A stretch of 64,000 nt of DNA from NCBI RefSeq assembly GCF_037042905.1, contig NC_087252.1, positions 27,406,001 to 27,470,000 on the forward strand, written 5' to 3'. This document shows positions 1 to 13,800 of the stretch, one piece after another. Numbering within the stretch: position 1 is the first letter of the stretch; every line of letters begins with the position of its first letter. The position numbers were made by a program, and so were the translations under genes. Source of the stretch: Lytechinus pictus (taxonomy: Eukaryota). The notes below the pieces were generated by a model that was not told the origin of the DNA, did no database searches, and saw only the letters and a list, made by a program, of their open reading frames with translations.

Positions 1-1
1 A

Positions 2-520
2 CATGGCAAAGAGGCACATCTTCATCAAGAGCAGCAACCAAACAGACCCCATGTTGAAGAAGGTGGCTACACATCACTGCTGCCTGTGAATCAGCCAGTA
101 GACGGCGATGGGGGAATCCTCAAGGTGGCCCTTGCTACTCATTGGTCTAATAGGATGGCCGGACAATTGGAGGATACGCCAGACAGTGACGGGTACGAGA
201 TCGTCAAGACTGCCCGTCCTTCTCCTGTGCCCATCGGCAAGGTTCGTCAGACTGGTCAAAGGACGGGAGACGACGGGTACGAGAATACCAAGACCACCCG
301 TCCCATCCCCGTGCCTAAACTCAAGGCTCGCCCGGTGAGGAAAGCAGTATACAATGACGGGTACGAAAACACCAAGAGGGCACGGCCCATGCCGATGCCT
401 CAAGGAAAGGGTCGCCATATGTGGAAAGAGCAAGATGATGATGATTACGAGCTTGTCCAAACAGATAAGGTGAAGCCCAAGCCGAAGCCTATTTTTAGAT
501 GTAAGCATACTTATTTTTGA
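2..520 (+). CDS. 3' part (exon) of a protein with repeated acidic tyrosine motifs and Pro/Lys-rich spacers; possibly a receptor cytoplasmic tail or adaptor
   Basis: Frame is open from base 2 to the stop at 518-520 and is GC-richer than the flank. Motifs: EEGGYTSL, DGYEIV, DDGYENT, NDGYENT, DDDYELV. A GTAAGC at 501 could be a donor, so the true end is uncertain. Confidence 0.6.
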   Translation, partial: HGKEAHLHQEQQPNRPHVEEGGYTSLLPVNQPVDGDGGILKVALATHWSNRMAGQLEDTPDSDGYEIVKTARPSPVPIGKVRQTGQRTGDDGYENTKTTRPIPVPKLKARPVRKAVYNDGYENTKRARPMPMPQGKGRHMWKEQDDDDYELVQTDKVKPKPKPIFRCKHTYF

Positions 521-1253
521 ACTTGAAACTAGTTATTCATCTTGAATTTAAAGATATGTGTTCGAAACAATTTCGTAATTAACAATAATTCCTCATGACT
601 TCTTGAGAATATTAGTTATGAACCCCCCCCCCCCCCCTGTAGTTAGAAGTCTCAAGCGCACGCTTCTGATTCTGATCGCAACGGGTTTCAGGTATGAATA
701 GAAATAGGATGTTTTTAGATGTCCAGGTGTTTGAGGTAATTGTGATTCATGAAGGTGCATATTTTATAGCTGTCCCCTTTATAAGAGAAAATACAATGAC
801 AATCAAATTACTTTAAAATTTACACGACATATTTAAAAGGGACAATTTTTATTTCATACAAAAGCATAAGTTATAAACTTTTATTTGTACAATACAATAG
901 ACAGATTACCAGAAGAAATGCGGGAAAAGACTGGCAGTTAGAAATAGAAACTTGATTATGATAACTCGTTAGCAAAGCGTTTTTTTTTTCCTAATTCAAA
1001 CTGTATCTTCAGTCTGATAATTACCGCGATTCAAATGCATGTACATCAACCATCGATCCTTGGCGATATTATTATTCCACCAAATGCTACATGATCATTT
1101 TTTGCACCACGGAAAATAAATAATTATATAAAAAGAAAAAGGTGCTCTAGAGCAGTGAAATAAGGAAGATGAAATTAACATGAATTTTAGTTACCATTAG
1201 CCTGATTAGAACAATTCACACAAAAAGTTACATTATTGCGTAACAAATATATA

Positions 1254-2277
1254 GGCCCGTATTCTGAAGTCCGGTTTAACTTAGACCATAGTCTAAGCAT
1301 GGACCTATGAAAAGATGGACGATTAACGCGAGCATTTCTTTGATCCAATGATAGTCACCGTCACCTGGTTATGCGCATCTTAATGAGATCATACAGGTGC
1401 TGTTACAATAGCAATTACCAACATGACTACCAAGGGTATCTGATTACTCAAAGACGGAACAGTTTCCCCGGTCTTGATTTTTGTTGGCTGATACCCTGTT
1501 TCAGCATGTGCCTTTCAGTCAACATGCTTCATATATGGAGCAGCAAACTCAAGAAGCAGACGGTTTTTATGATATAAAATATATTATTCGATCCGCTAAC
1601 TACCGCTCACACATAACATTGAGAGATACACGATCTATAAATGTTATGTGCCACGTATATCTGGAATATTATGGAGAAACTTGAATTTTAAATGGTTAAC
1701 AATCAATCACAATATTGCCTCTATATCAAAATATGCAGACATTTCCCCAAATAAAACACATGGAACTAAGATTACCACAGGTAAACAAAAACTGCACATC
1801 GATTCTCCATTATTTCATTGATTTGTTATCAACTGCGCATATAATTTGTGAAATATAAATGTCCAATCACGTACTGCTTCAGTCCCTTCTCACGGTGACG
1901 ATCAAAGGACCAAAAAAGACAAGTATGAAGATAATGTTATTCAGATGACAATTACAGTCACCTGTTAGTGAATTCATTATCTAAGCGATGAATGTCCATC
2001 TATTTATAGGTCCATGGTCTAAGTCTGTGCTAAAATTATGGGGAGCCAAAATTCTAACATTCTGTTTATACATGTATTGTATATTTCTTATGTTAACTAT
2101 TTTGTTTCCTTTTGCTTTCATAATGATGAAAAATGCTTCAAAATACTCTAGTTATCATTCCCAGACAGTTTGGGTGTCATATGAGTTAATAAATTGGATG
2201 TGTACCGTTAGGGATTTGTGCCCCAATTGGCTCTTCATAGTGAAACCACAACTTTAAACCAGTTCAGAAAACGGGCC
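1254..2277. mobile_element. MITE with GGCCCGTATTCTGAA termini, interrupted by a nested element
   Basis: Terminal inverted repeats at both ends. An uninterrupted copy lies in the opposite orientation at 25283-25593. Confidence 0.8.
1298..2016. mobile_element. Non-autonomous P-element-like DNA transposon
   Basis: CATGGACCTAT...ATAGGTCCATG termini and a 7-bp TSD GTCTAAG (1291-1297, 2017-2023). Confidence 0.75.
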
Positions 2278-2318
2278 ATATAGTCTTTATGTAATAAAGA
2301 TAATAATGTTTACTTATA

Positions 2319-3138
2319 GAGTGCGTCCCAGAAAAAACGAAACCGAGATTAAGCGATGATTTATCATAACTTAATCACAAATACAATAGACAAATGACCT
2401 ACCATTGTAAAGCTTAGAATCTCCCCTCTCATCTGAAATTACTTAGATTATTTCTCATTCAGGCATGAGTGAGCAAAAACAATTTGAAGAAGGGATACCA
2501 AAAAGTCATTTGGCGGGCTGTATCTGGGTTTTAAAAAGAAAACCACATTGTCAAAAAGTTCAATATCCGCTCTTTAATTTGATACCTCAATTACAGAAAA
2601 TGGTCGAGAAATAACAAAGTTCTGGTTATTTGAAATAAGGCTTGAATTTCAATAATTTCATAAAATGAAGAGGTTCTACAGGCAAGCGTTCAAACTCACT
2701 TGACACTCGGTTTTGTTGACGATCAGCCATGCATTAAGTATTTTGTTAACCATGCGATAGCTTCTGTGGGAAACCGGTGAAAACACGTTTATTTGATGAA
2801 ATTATGGAAATACAAGCATTGTTTCGAGGTAACATAACTTTTTTACTTCTTGACCATTTTTTGTGATTAAGGTATCAAATAAAAGAGCAGATATTGAACT
2901 TTTTAGGCATGTGATTTTCTTTTTGAAATTCAGATACCCCCCGCCAAATGAGTTTTTGATATCCTTTGTTCAAATTGTTTTTGCTCACTCATGCGTGAAT
3001 AAGGAATACTCTAAGTAATATCAGATAAAAGAGGAGATTCTAAGCTGTACATTGATAGGTCATTTGTCTATTTTATTTGTGATTGAGTTATGATAAATCA
3101 TCGCTTAATCTCGGTTTCGTTTTTTCTGGGACGCACTG
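2319..3138. mobile_element. Tc1/mariner-type palindromic MITE
   Basis: (G/C)AGTGCGTCCCAGAAAAAACGAAACCGAG termini, TA on both sides, and inverted arms over 300 bp. Confidence 0.85.
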
Positions 3139-3218
3139 TATATGCGCTATACACAAAAGTATCACAGCACTTACAATTGTCATACATAGAATATAAATAT
3201 AAATCTTAAGTTGCAAAA

Positions 3219-3249
<31 letters not shown>

Positions 3250-3534
3250 TGTGTAAATTTAATTGAATCACCTATTTGCATTCTCAGCTGCGCCAGGTGA
3301 GACCTGGGCTCCGTAACACAAAGGCTTGCGATGAATTGCAAGAATGAAAGAACCGCGCCGATTGGTTTCCGGTCAGTATTTCAAACAGAGTGCGCGTGCA
3401 ACGACGATCTTGATTGGTCATTGGTATTTAGCGATTGATTGCAAAGCTTTGTGTTACGGAGCCATGGTGGCCTCCTGCTTGCTGCTCCGTTCACCAACAA
3501 TTTAAGGGACAAGCCCGGTCAGCACATCATTATT

Positions 3535-5243
3535 TATCGACTTTGGGGAGAAAGACTTATATATATGGAAAGTCAATAAAGTCATCTTTCAAATGACGCC
3601 AAAATGTTGAAAAACTATTTATGCTTGAGTGAGCACTACCCACAACAAAGGGTATGAAAATTAGGGTGGGCAGGAATTGGCCTTTCGGTTTCTTTCAGTT
3701 TTTGAGAGGCGAGTCCCTTGGAACTTGCAAACTTTAGGGTGTTGTGATGAATTAATGGTCATTCATTATCAATTTAAATTGTTAAAGCAAATTTCATGAA
3801 TTGTCAAATTGAAATTCCCTGCATGAGTGAGCGTGAATTGCAATCTTTAGCGCAGCATTTTAACTTTACAATGTGGGTCTCAGCAGTATGTTTATTGGAG
3901 TCAGGAGAATAGGGGTAAGAAACGACGTCAGTGGGTGAAGTAAGCTGATGGGAAAAGGGTCAACAGAACGTTTAGCCTCCCTACTACAGCCCCCCCCCCC
4001 CCTCCTGTTGAGATTGAGACTGATTGCTATTACATGTACGCATTAAGTGCAGAGCGGTCTGTCAATTTGATAATAAATTCTGAAAATTAGGTCACCAACT
4101 TTTACCTATCAATCATTCAATCAATCAACAATCTGTTAGTAAATCAACTTAATCAATGTGATAAATCAAATATTCACCTTTTTCAATAAATTATCAATCA
4201 AACATTCAGCTTTTTCAATAAATCATTTCATAAATCATCATAATTAGTCAAGTTCTTAATAATCATTCAATGGAAAAGAAAGACCCATCAACCATAAGTC
4301 ACTTGGCATTTAAAGTTTAAATACCATCCAGGAGAAAGAAAGGGGGTGGAGGGCGGGGGTGAGTACATGACATGTAATTTGTAAGAACACAAAGAAGAAT
4401 GCCCCTTTAACCCGGTCTTACCCTATCTCACCCCCTTGCATGTAACAGGTACAATCACATTACTCTGACTCTCACAAGCACACTTGCTAAGATCCACATA
4501 ATAAACTAAAAATGCTACACTAAAATTACAATTCCTGTTTACTAATGCATTACATTATAATTTAGTAACTTCAAATTTAAATTTAGTAATTTTCTTAAGA
4601 AACTAAAACTGATCTCAATTCATCAGTAATTTAGCATAACACCATTAACTTTGCAAGTTCCGAAGGACTCACCTCTAAAAAAAAACCTGGAAGGCTAATT
4701 CCTGCTCACCCTAGCAAAGGCTAGTCTCTCAGGAGGGGTGAAAGGGGTAGAGAGAGAGAGGGGGATTAAGTGTTCCGTTGACCCATATCCCGTCAACCTA
4801 CTTCCCCCACCTAAGTCCTATCCCTATTCTGACTTCCATGAACACATTGCTGAGATCCACTTGAAAAAGTGAAAAATTGCATTTCATGTTCACTCATGCA
4901 TTAAATTTCAATTTAATAATTCTTGAAATTTGCTCTAAAAACCTTAATTGATAATGCTTGATCATTGATTTATCACAACACCCTCAACTTTGCAAGTTCC
5001 AAGGGACTCGCATCTCAAAAACTGAAAAAAATTGGAAGGCTAATTCCTGCCCACCCTAATTTTCATACCCTTTGTTTCAGTGGGCAGTGCTCGCTCAAGC
5101 GTGAACAGTTTTCCAACTTGTTGGTGTCATTTGAAAGTTGACTTTATTTGCTTCCATATATGTATGTGTTTTCCCCCAAAGTGATATATTTTTTATCTGG
5201 CAGCTATTTCAAAAGTGTATAGTTTTTTTGGGGGGACGCACTG
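3535..5243. mobile_element. Degenerate mariner-type foldback element
   Basis: About 3540-3830 is an inverted copy of about 4890-5180. The right end is GGGACGCACTG+TA; the left terminus is not recognisable. Confidence 0.6.
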
Positions 5244-7674
5244 TATTTATCTAAGATGTAGGCATAACATGTCAATAAATTGTTTATTGATTTTAGTTAT
5301 GTAGTTTACAATCAGCTTTGAAATGCGATAGTTTATACACTCTATAGGAGTCTGTTAGCATATTCGATGTTTTAATAATTAATGCTATCGTCACACCAAC
5401 GAATTAGACTCCGAACCGATCAATAATTGTCTGATATTGGAATATTTTTTGTCGATGTGACTACAGCGTAACAGACAAACTAATTGCTATTGACGAGTGT
5501 CTACTTCAAAATCCAGTAGGTCACCAATACTATATTACATGAATCTGTTGGTAGTTCGGTTTATGCAGGAGTCGCGGAACGGTTTTCAAAGTGGGTGAAA
5601 GGGGGGGGGGCTGACCATGCACAAAATCACAATCATATGGTCATTTTTACGCTTTTGTACAGGGTTTTTGAAAAAATGCGGGCTGAAGCCCCCCCCCCCC
5701 CCCCCCCAACTTCCGCGGCCCCTGTTACGCTAGCTACGGTCATGCCAACGCAACTGACTCCAAATCAACCTTATGATGTGCCATTGGTAATAACGTAAAA
5801 GCTTTAGTCGGTATGCAATTGGTTACTGTAGCATTGTGTTGATCACTTTGTATTTGAGAACATTATAATGGATTAAAAATGATTCGCACAAATGTCATAA
5901 AATATTTCTGGACACTTATTTCTGTACCTCTATTGTTATTTAGCGTGCTCTTTTATTAGCTTACCCACCTGTTTATAATTTGTATCGTTTTTCATGTCTT
6001 GTTCTTACCGTTGTCTTTTCCACATTTTCAAAAGTACAATTATCTCGCTATTTATACATGACATTTACAGTATTTGCAGGTATAAAAATTTTGAATTTGC
6101 AGTTTGGTGAAGGTCACCCCAAAAAACAACGGGAAGAAGCTTAAGCTTTATCAAAAGGTATTTCTAAGGGGAACGTTTCATTAACATATTTTGACCGATA
6201 AATTGGCAGATGTGACAACTTTTCTTGATTTTGATTGGCTGACAAGCATGGTTCCTATGGTAGCTATCGGATAATACATCTGAGTCCTTTTATGAAACTC
6301 TCCCTTCCCCGATTCAATCCATGATTTTGGCGATATTTGTGAGTGTATTTTAATGAGGCCTAGATTCCTAAATTGCTTTAGTTATTAGGCACAGAATACA
6401 AGTTACAAATTATAATTCCACATGAGAATTAAATTTCATTCCAGTAATGCCAACGAATGTTTATTTCTGGCTGAGTGAGGGGACAATTGATGAAATGAAA
6501 ACATGAACATGATGAACGGTGTGATCTGGTTTCCAGCTATAGTGTCCTTGTCTCCTTGGAGCATGCACTCAATTTTTCAAGGAAAAAATCATGATCGGCG
6601 AGGGTTCGTGACCAGCCAAACTACTGATATCGATTTAAATCTTACAGGTTTGAATTTAAACCATATTTATTTGACATTATGGAATAACTCTCTAAGATTT
6701 AAATCTTAATCTACGTTTCGACTTGAATGTTAAATGCATGTACTATATAGTGTTGTCTTCCTTTCCGTATACCAAAAACAGGGGAATTCTGATTTCTTTT
6801 TTCTTAAAATCAACTTTTACTTTAAATCTACACTATATTCTCATTGCGGTCACACGAAATTTACTCCTCTTTTGCTCTAGTCTTATTATCTCAGAATGCT
6901 TAGGGTTAGGATTAGGATAAATAAATAAAAAATTAATGCAAATATCATTTCCAGAAACTGTGACGTTAAGACGGCAATTTTCAAACAATAGTTCCCGAGC
7001 TGCACGGGCACACACCACACTTAAAAAAAAAACGATTTTACGGGGAAAAAGCAGAGAATAATTTGCAAAAAGCAATAACGGAATCATTCTATAAATTCAT
7101 AAAACAGGAATTTTTCTGCAATTTAACAGAACAGGTCTGTTAAAAAAGGGGAAAGGGCGTTTACTTAAGGAAATTTGTAAGGTTCCATACACCAAATACC
7201 AATTTCCTGTAATTTTACATGATATAATGAAAGATTACGCAATCTGGTAAGATTACAGGTGTTCTTGAGACTCTGCTGCAGGAACTTCTTTTATTTTAAG
7301 GATACATTTTCTAACAGTGCACACACCCTGCCTCCCACCCTCACAATTACATACCAAGTCATTAATTTCACCAACATACTTCCACTTTGTCACAAAAAAA
7401 GTTTGAAAGCTCGAGAGTCATGATCTAAACAAACAAAAAAAAGTCAGCAACGTATTCTCAACCACAGCTGATTTGGTCGAACCTTGTTTACAAAACTACC
7501 CTACCATTCATATTTTTCTACTGCCTTTCAGAACTTGCAGCCCGATTAGAATCATCCACACACATAACCATTTTCAAGGTAGAATTAAGTCTTTCGCGTT
7601 CCATGAACACTCCATGAGTCAAAGTGTGCCATAAACTATGATCGAAGAAGTAAGTGATCCATAAACTATCAACA

Positions 7675-7808
7675 TCAAAGAAGTAAGCAGGTCGATGATT
7701 TCTTGTTGCTTTTCCCCGAAGAAGGTCTCGATGAGTTGGTCTGTTCTGTGTGTTCTCTCGGTGGATGGCCGCCAGGAACTGTGGCGTTGGTAGCCGATGA
7801 TGATGTTT
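7675..7808 (-). CDS. Terminal exon of the TIR gene with basic residues plus CaaX (CLLL)
   Basis: Acceptor ttttaaaag; phase 1 matches the donor after 18663. Translates ETSSSATNATVPGGHPPREHTEQTNSSRPSSGKSNKKSSTCLLL*. Confidence 0.75.
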
Positions 7809-10800
7809 CTTTTAAAAATAAATATTGCATACACAATGCGATTATTAAATAGCTTTTAATTTAATTCGGTCTTTAGCTTCGTAAACGCTAGAAATTCTTC
7901 TAACTTTAAGTAGTTCAAAACTGGACCTTTTAAAAGGAATGGCAGTGTATTGGGATGCTTTTTTGGGCATGATTTCCCAGGTTATATAGTTAATCAAGGG
8001 ATGTAGATAATCGAAATTACATTCGATTGTAACTGTATAATAGAATATGTTAGTCTGAAACATGTTATTTATCTCTTATTTATTCTTTGTCTTTTTATTA
8101 TTTTTCTTGATCTCGATTGTTTTTCTTCTCCTTCCTATTCATCATTAATCATTTATTAATGTCTGATTGATACTTCCAGCTTTCACTCTTAGCGGAATAA
8201 ATATTAGTCAGCTTATTACTGTTTTCAATTTCGAGTTCTACATTACACGTGATTACGTGAATGTGAAGTTGGATACTGCTCTTAGTAGAGCGGATTAGCC
8301 GAACAATTGTGCAAATTATGACTAAAGCATGAAACTTTTACAAGTATTAGTATATGCCGTAAGATTTATTTTAAAGATGGGAGGTAAATTTATAAATGCC
8401 ATTTTCGGCCGTTGCCATGGCAACGGATTAATTTCTCCAAAATAACATGCATTCCCATGTAAATGGTAAATAAACATGATATAGATGACCAAAATGATAA
8501 TTTTCTGGCTCCCAATTGAAAACATATGAAATTTAGAAATATTCAAGATCATCAAGAAAGTTCCAATTGGTCCGTTGCCATGGCAACGGCTTGTTTTTCC
8601 CTAGAAAAGTAAAAATTTTGATTAAAAAAACGTTGTAGAATATGATTTATCTTTAATTTCCCCTAACTTTACAGTGCTTATCGAAGATATTTGGTTGCTA
8701 AATGTGTAAATTACATCTCAAGCCATTGCCATGGCAACCAAATAACATCTAATTTACAAAAATAACATGTTTGACAAGACAATGGACAGGTGGAAAATAC
8801 AAGTGGAATTAACTTAATCTGTATGCTTAAGATTTGACCCCCTCATTTGAACAAAAAATACAGAAAGCGTTCTGCAGGAGTTCTTTATAAAGATAAAAAT
8901 TAATGTTGCCTTGGTAAAGCTTGAATTAAATTTAAAAAGAAACAATTTTGCAAAGGACCCGTTGCCATGGCAACATCTTATTTCCCTCTAGAAAAGTAAA
9001 AATATTGATAAAAATGTAAAATACATGTACAGTATGATCATCATTCCATTTCCCCTAATTTCAAGGTACTAATCGAGATATGTTTGTGACTAAATTTTAT
9101 AAATATAACATCTTAAGCCATTGCCATGGCAACCAGATAACATCTAATTAAAAAAAAAAAACATAGATGATGATAGAAGCTTATGAACAGGTTAACAATA
9201 CAATAAAAATTAACATGTACATATGCGTAACGTTTGACCTACTCAATTAATTTAGGGGAAAATAATACAGTCAGTGTTCTGCATGAACTAAATTAGAATG
9301 ATAAACATTGATGTTGCCATGGTAATACTTGCATTCAACAATAAATATCAATTTCAAAATGGCCTGTTGCCATAGCAACAGATCATTTAGTACCAGTTTT
9401 GATGAAAAAAGGGACTGCAGAATCTGATTTTCCTTGCATTTCCCCTAATCTTTGTGTGCTAAACATTGATATGTTTGATGCAAAATGTATAAATAACATC
9501 TGAAGCTATTGCCATGGCAACCAGATAATATCTAATACTAAAAAATAATGATTTGGATGACAAGATTTTGGACAGGTGGAAATACATACAAATAACTCAA
9601 TATGCGAAAGGTATGGCCGGTCATTTAATTTTGAACAAAAATTTCAGTAAGAGTTCTGTATGAGTTCATCAGAATAATAAAATTACATGTATGTTGCCTT
9701 GGTAATACTTGAATTTAATGATAAATATTAGTGTTTCAAATGTCCCGTTGTCATGGCAACAGCTCATTCCCCCCAGAAAAGTATCATCTTTGATAAACAA
9801 AAAAAAATAAAATCTGATTTTTATTTCATTTGCCACAATTTTAGGGAGCTAAGCATATATATGCTTGCTGTAAATAAATAAATGACATCTTCAGCCATTG
9901 CCATGGCAACCAATTAAGATAGAATTTTTAAAACAAACTAACACAGTTGTAATGATAATGGACAGGTGGAATGTAAAGTAAAGATTTACTTAATCTACAT
10001 AAGGTTTGACTTTGACCAGTCATTAAGTTTTGAACAAAAAATACAGTAAGTGTTCCGCATGAGTTCATTAGCATGATAAAAACTGATGTTGCCTTGGTAA
10101 TGCTTGAATTTATTGATATCAATGTTTACAAATGTGTGTTCTGTTCCCATGGCAACGGGTCATTTTATTCCCCCTAAAATACCATCTTTGATAAAAAAAT
10201 ACCTTGTAGAATCTTATTTTTCATTCAATTCTACTAAGTTTAGGGTGCCAAACATACACGTACATCTCTGTTGTTTAATGTATAAATAACATCTTAAGGC
10301 ATTACCATGGCAATAAAATAACATTTAATTTACCAAAAATAACATGGCTGACAAGATAATGGACAGGTGGAAAATACAATAAAATTAACTTAATATGCGT
10401 AAGGTTTGACCTACTCTTTTAATTTTAAAATCACATTAAGTGTTATGCATGATTTCTTACGATATGTTGATTTGGTAATGCTTGAACATAATGATAAATA
10501 TCAATGTTGCCAATGGTCCCTTAAAAGTACAAATTTTGATAAAAATAATATGTTTATTTTATTTCCTTTTCCCTTATTTGAGGGTGCTAAACATATATAT
10601 GCTAAATGATAACCACCATCTTATTTCATTATACATGTACATGGCATCGAAATAAGACCTACAAAAATCATATCAGACTTTTTTGGGCTCAAATAAATTC
10701 CCGAAACTCTAATTTCGAGGCTGGTCAATTTCGTTCAAAGTATTTGCAGGCTGCCATTTTGAAGAAAGCGTCTTGGTGTGATTTGTGCTTTAAGGCCGTT

Positions 10801-13800
10801 CATCATATCAATATATAAGGGGATTATAGGCGTTGATAAATCATAATCAAAAGTCTATCTGAGGAGTTGACATGGTCTTGAGCTCCTAATCAATGTAAAT
10901 ACAGTAAATCAACTTTTACATGGAAATCATTATAATTTTGCTTTGTCTGACTGTTTTAGCATAATACTTGGCTCGAAATTTGATGGCAAAGAATTATCAA
11001 GTATCATCTGCTAGTACGCATTTTAATTTCTGCATATATCAGAAAATTGTTACTTTTTGAAAATTCCCATCATTTCTTGAAAATTGCCGAAAATTCAAAA
11101 AATTCACACCAAATGCCCGTTTATTCCCATGAAAAGATTCCATCAGGAAAATTCCCGGAAATTCTGCAACCCTACTCCCCCCAAAAAAATCATTAGCAAG
11201 AAAAAAATAAAGAGAAAGTGAAAGAGAGATGGATAAAATATGATTATTTTACGAATACTATACCCAAAATCTTTTACAAAATTTTATTTTTGTAAACAAA
11301 ATGAAAAATTTCGAAAGTTTTACTCTTTCGCTGGGCTAGCTGACAACTTTTAAAAATAAATTTTACTCAATACATCATATCTGGACCCCTCAAAATTACA
11401 CTACAGATTTTGACGAAGAAGATTTTGAAATACTGTGATAATTTTTAAATTAACATAATTATGAATCTAATCAACATGAAGTATAATCTATTCACTGCTA
11501 TTTTTACATGATGAATAGACTTATTAAAATATTTAAATTTTTAAAAATACCCTTACTGGTTGAAAGGTTGAAAAGAAAAATTAAGTACTCCAGGGTAACA
11601 GGAAAATCCAAGATGGTGCCCTCACTGGCTGCCGTAGGCTAAAAATCCACAACTCATCCATTACTTGATAAAATGGCTTTAATTTGTTTTTTATTCACTG
11701 GTTATTAAGGATCAATGGTACATAGGGCCAAGTTACAGGGACAGCCAGTGGTCTGGAATGTCCAAAAACATAAGATGGCTTCAAAAAATTGAATCTAAAA
11801 TGGTTGCTGATACCTAAAGCGGACGTAGCTCATTTCATATTGGCCTAGGGGAAGTGATTTTGACTTTAAATCATTGGTTTCAAGAGTCTAATAATATTAG
11901 GACAAGTTACAACGACAGTCAAGTATGTCCGAAAATCCAATATGGCTTCCGAAAATAATTATAAAATGGCTGCTGATACTTAAAAGTGGAATAGCTCATT
12001 TTATATTCACCTGTGAGATATGATTTTGGTGTCTAAACTATGATTTCAAAGGCGAATAATACATTAGGACAAGCTACACGGACCGTCGGTGGTCTTGTAT
12101 GTCCAAAATTCCAAGATGGCTTCCAAAAAAGATATAAAATAATGTCTAATGTTGCTTACAAATAAACATAGTTCGTTCAATATCTGTCTGGAGAATATGA
12201 TTTTGGTGTCTAAACCATATTTTAAAGGGTCAAGTAATGCATTAGGACAAGTTGCAAGGGCAGTCTGTGGTTTGGTATGTTAAAAAACGCAAGATGGCTT
12301 ACAAAATGGGGTCTAAAATTGACTGTTGTTACTTAAAAATTGGCAGAGCTCATTCTATATCTGCCTGTGAGATGTGATTCTGGTGTCTAAACCATATTTT
12401 CAAGAGTCAAATAATAAATTAGGACATAGTTTGTTCAATATCTGTCTGGGGAATATGATTTTGATGTCTAAACCATAATCATAAAACCATGGTTTAATGC
12501 GTTAGAACAAGTTACGAGGACAGTCAGTGGACTGGTATGTTAAAAAAATCCAAGAAGGCCTCCAAAATGGGGTCTAAATGGCAGTTTATAATCACTCGCG
12601 TCGCGTGCGGGCTCGTAATCACTCGCGTTTTGAATTTTTGGCGATTTTTTTTTATTTCGGTGCGATTTTTTTTAAACGGTGTCTTCAATGGGACAGACAT
12701 GCAGGGAAAATAAAATGAAATGGAAATTCGAGTTTCGTTTTAAGCCGGCAATTAAGTGCCTTAAAATAAAATGTACTCGACTACTGTTTTAACATAACAA
12801 ACAGGCAAATCAGCCATGTGGCTCAACTAACTTAGAATAGATCCGGACTTCTACTGTGTCTTATACGAGGACTCCGAGTCGGAACTTGCCATATCTGCCA
12901 CATCGATATTACATCGTATCATTCCCATATGCGGACATGCCTGCATGGAATGGCCCCAAGGCGGCCGGACCCGGCCGCGGTCGGACACGACGTGCATCGG
13001 TAGCATGGAGCAAGCTAACGTGAGTCGAGCTGAGTTAGATCCCACGTTATATATGAGGCGCCGATTGTACCAATATTATATAGAACAATTATTTGTTATA
13101 TAATCATTACATTCTATTTGTAAATAATTACTATTATATAAAATAACATTTCTAATTATTTATATATAATTCCAAGTAATACTTCATTACTTGTAAATAA
13201 TAATAGTTCGACATTCCATTATTTATAAATAATGATTATTTGTTTTTCATTATCTATAAATAATAATTTTTGTGTTTCATTATTTATAAATAATGATACT
13301 GCATACTTCATTATTTATGAATAATTGCAATTCGTTTTTTATTATTTATAAATAAGTTTGTCGAGTTTTCTATTATTTGTAAATGATAATTATCTATTAA
13401 CAATGCCAGTGCACATTTCTTTATTTATAAATAATTTGTTGAGTTTCCCATTATTTATAAATAATGAAAATTCATCGTGTTTCATTATTTCTAAATAACA
13501 TTTTTGTTTGAATATCCCATTATTTATAAATAATCATTATTTATAAACGATTTTTACAGTTTGCCATTATATACAAATAATCGTTATTCATATACAAATA
13601 ACCATTATTTATAAATAATGAAAAACAAATAATCATTATTTATAAATAATGAAAAACAAATAATTATTATTTATAAATAATGAAAAAAAAATTATCATTA
13701 TTCATAAATAATGAAAAAAAAATTATCATTATTCATAAATCATTATTCATAAATAATGAAAAAAATAATCATTATTTACAAATAATTAAAAAGAAATAAT

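Noticed and set aside
7619..7834. 71-aa ORF listed in the track
   Set aside because: Wrong frame; the splice phase selects the frame ending in CLLL.
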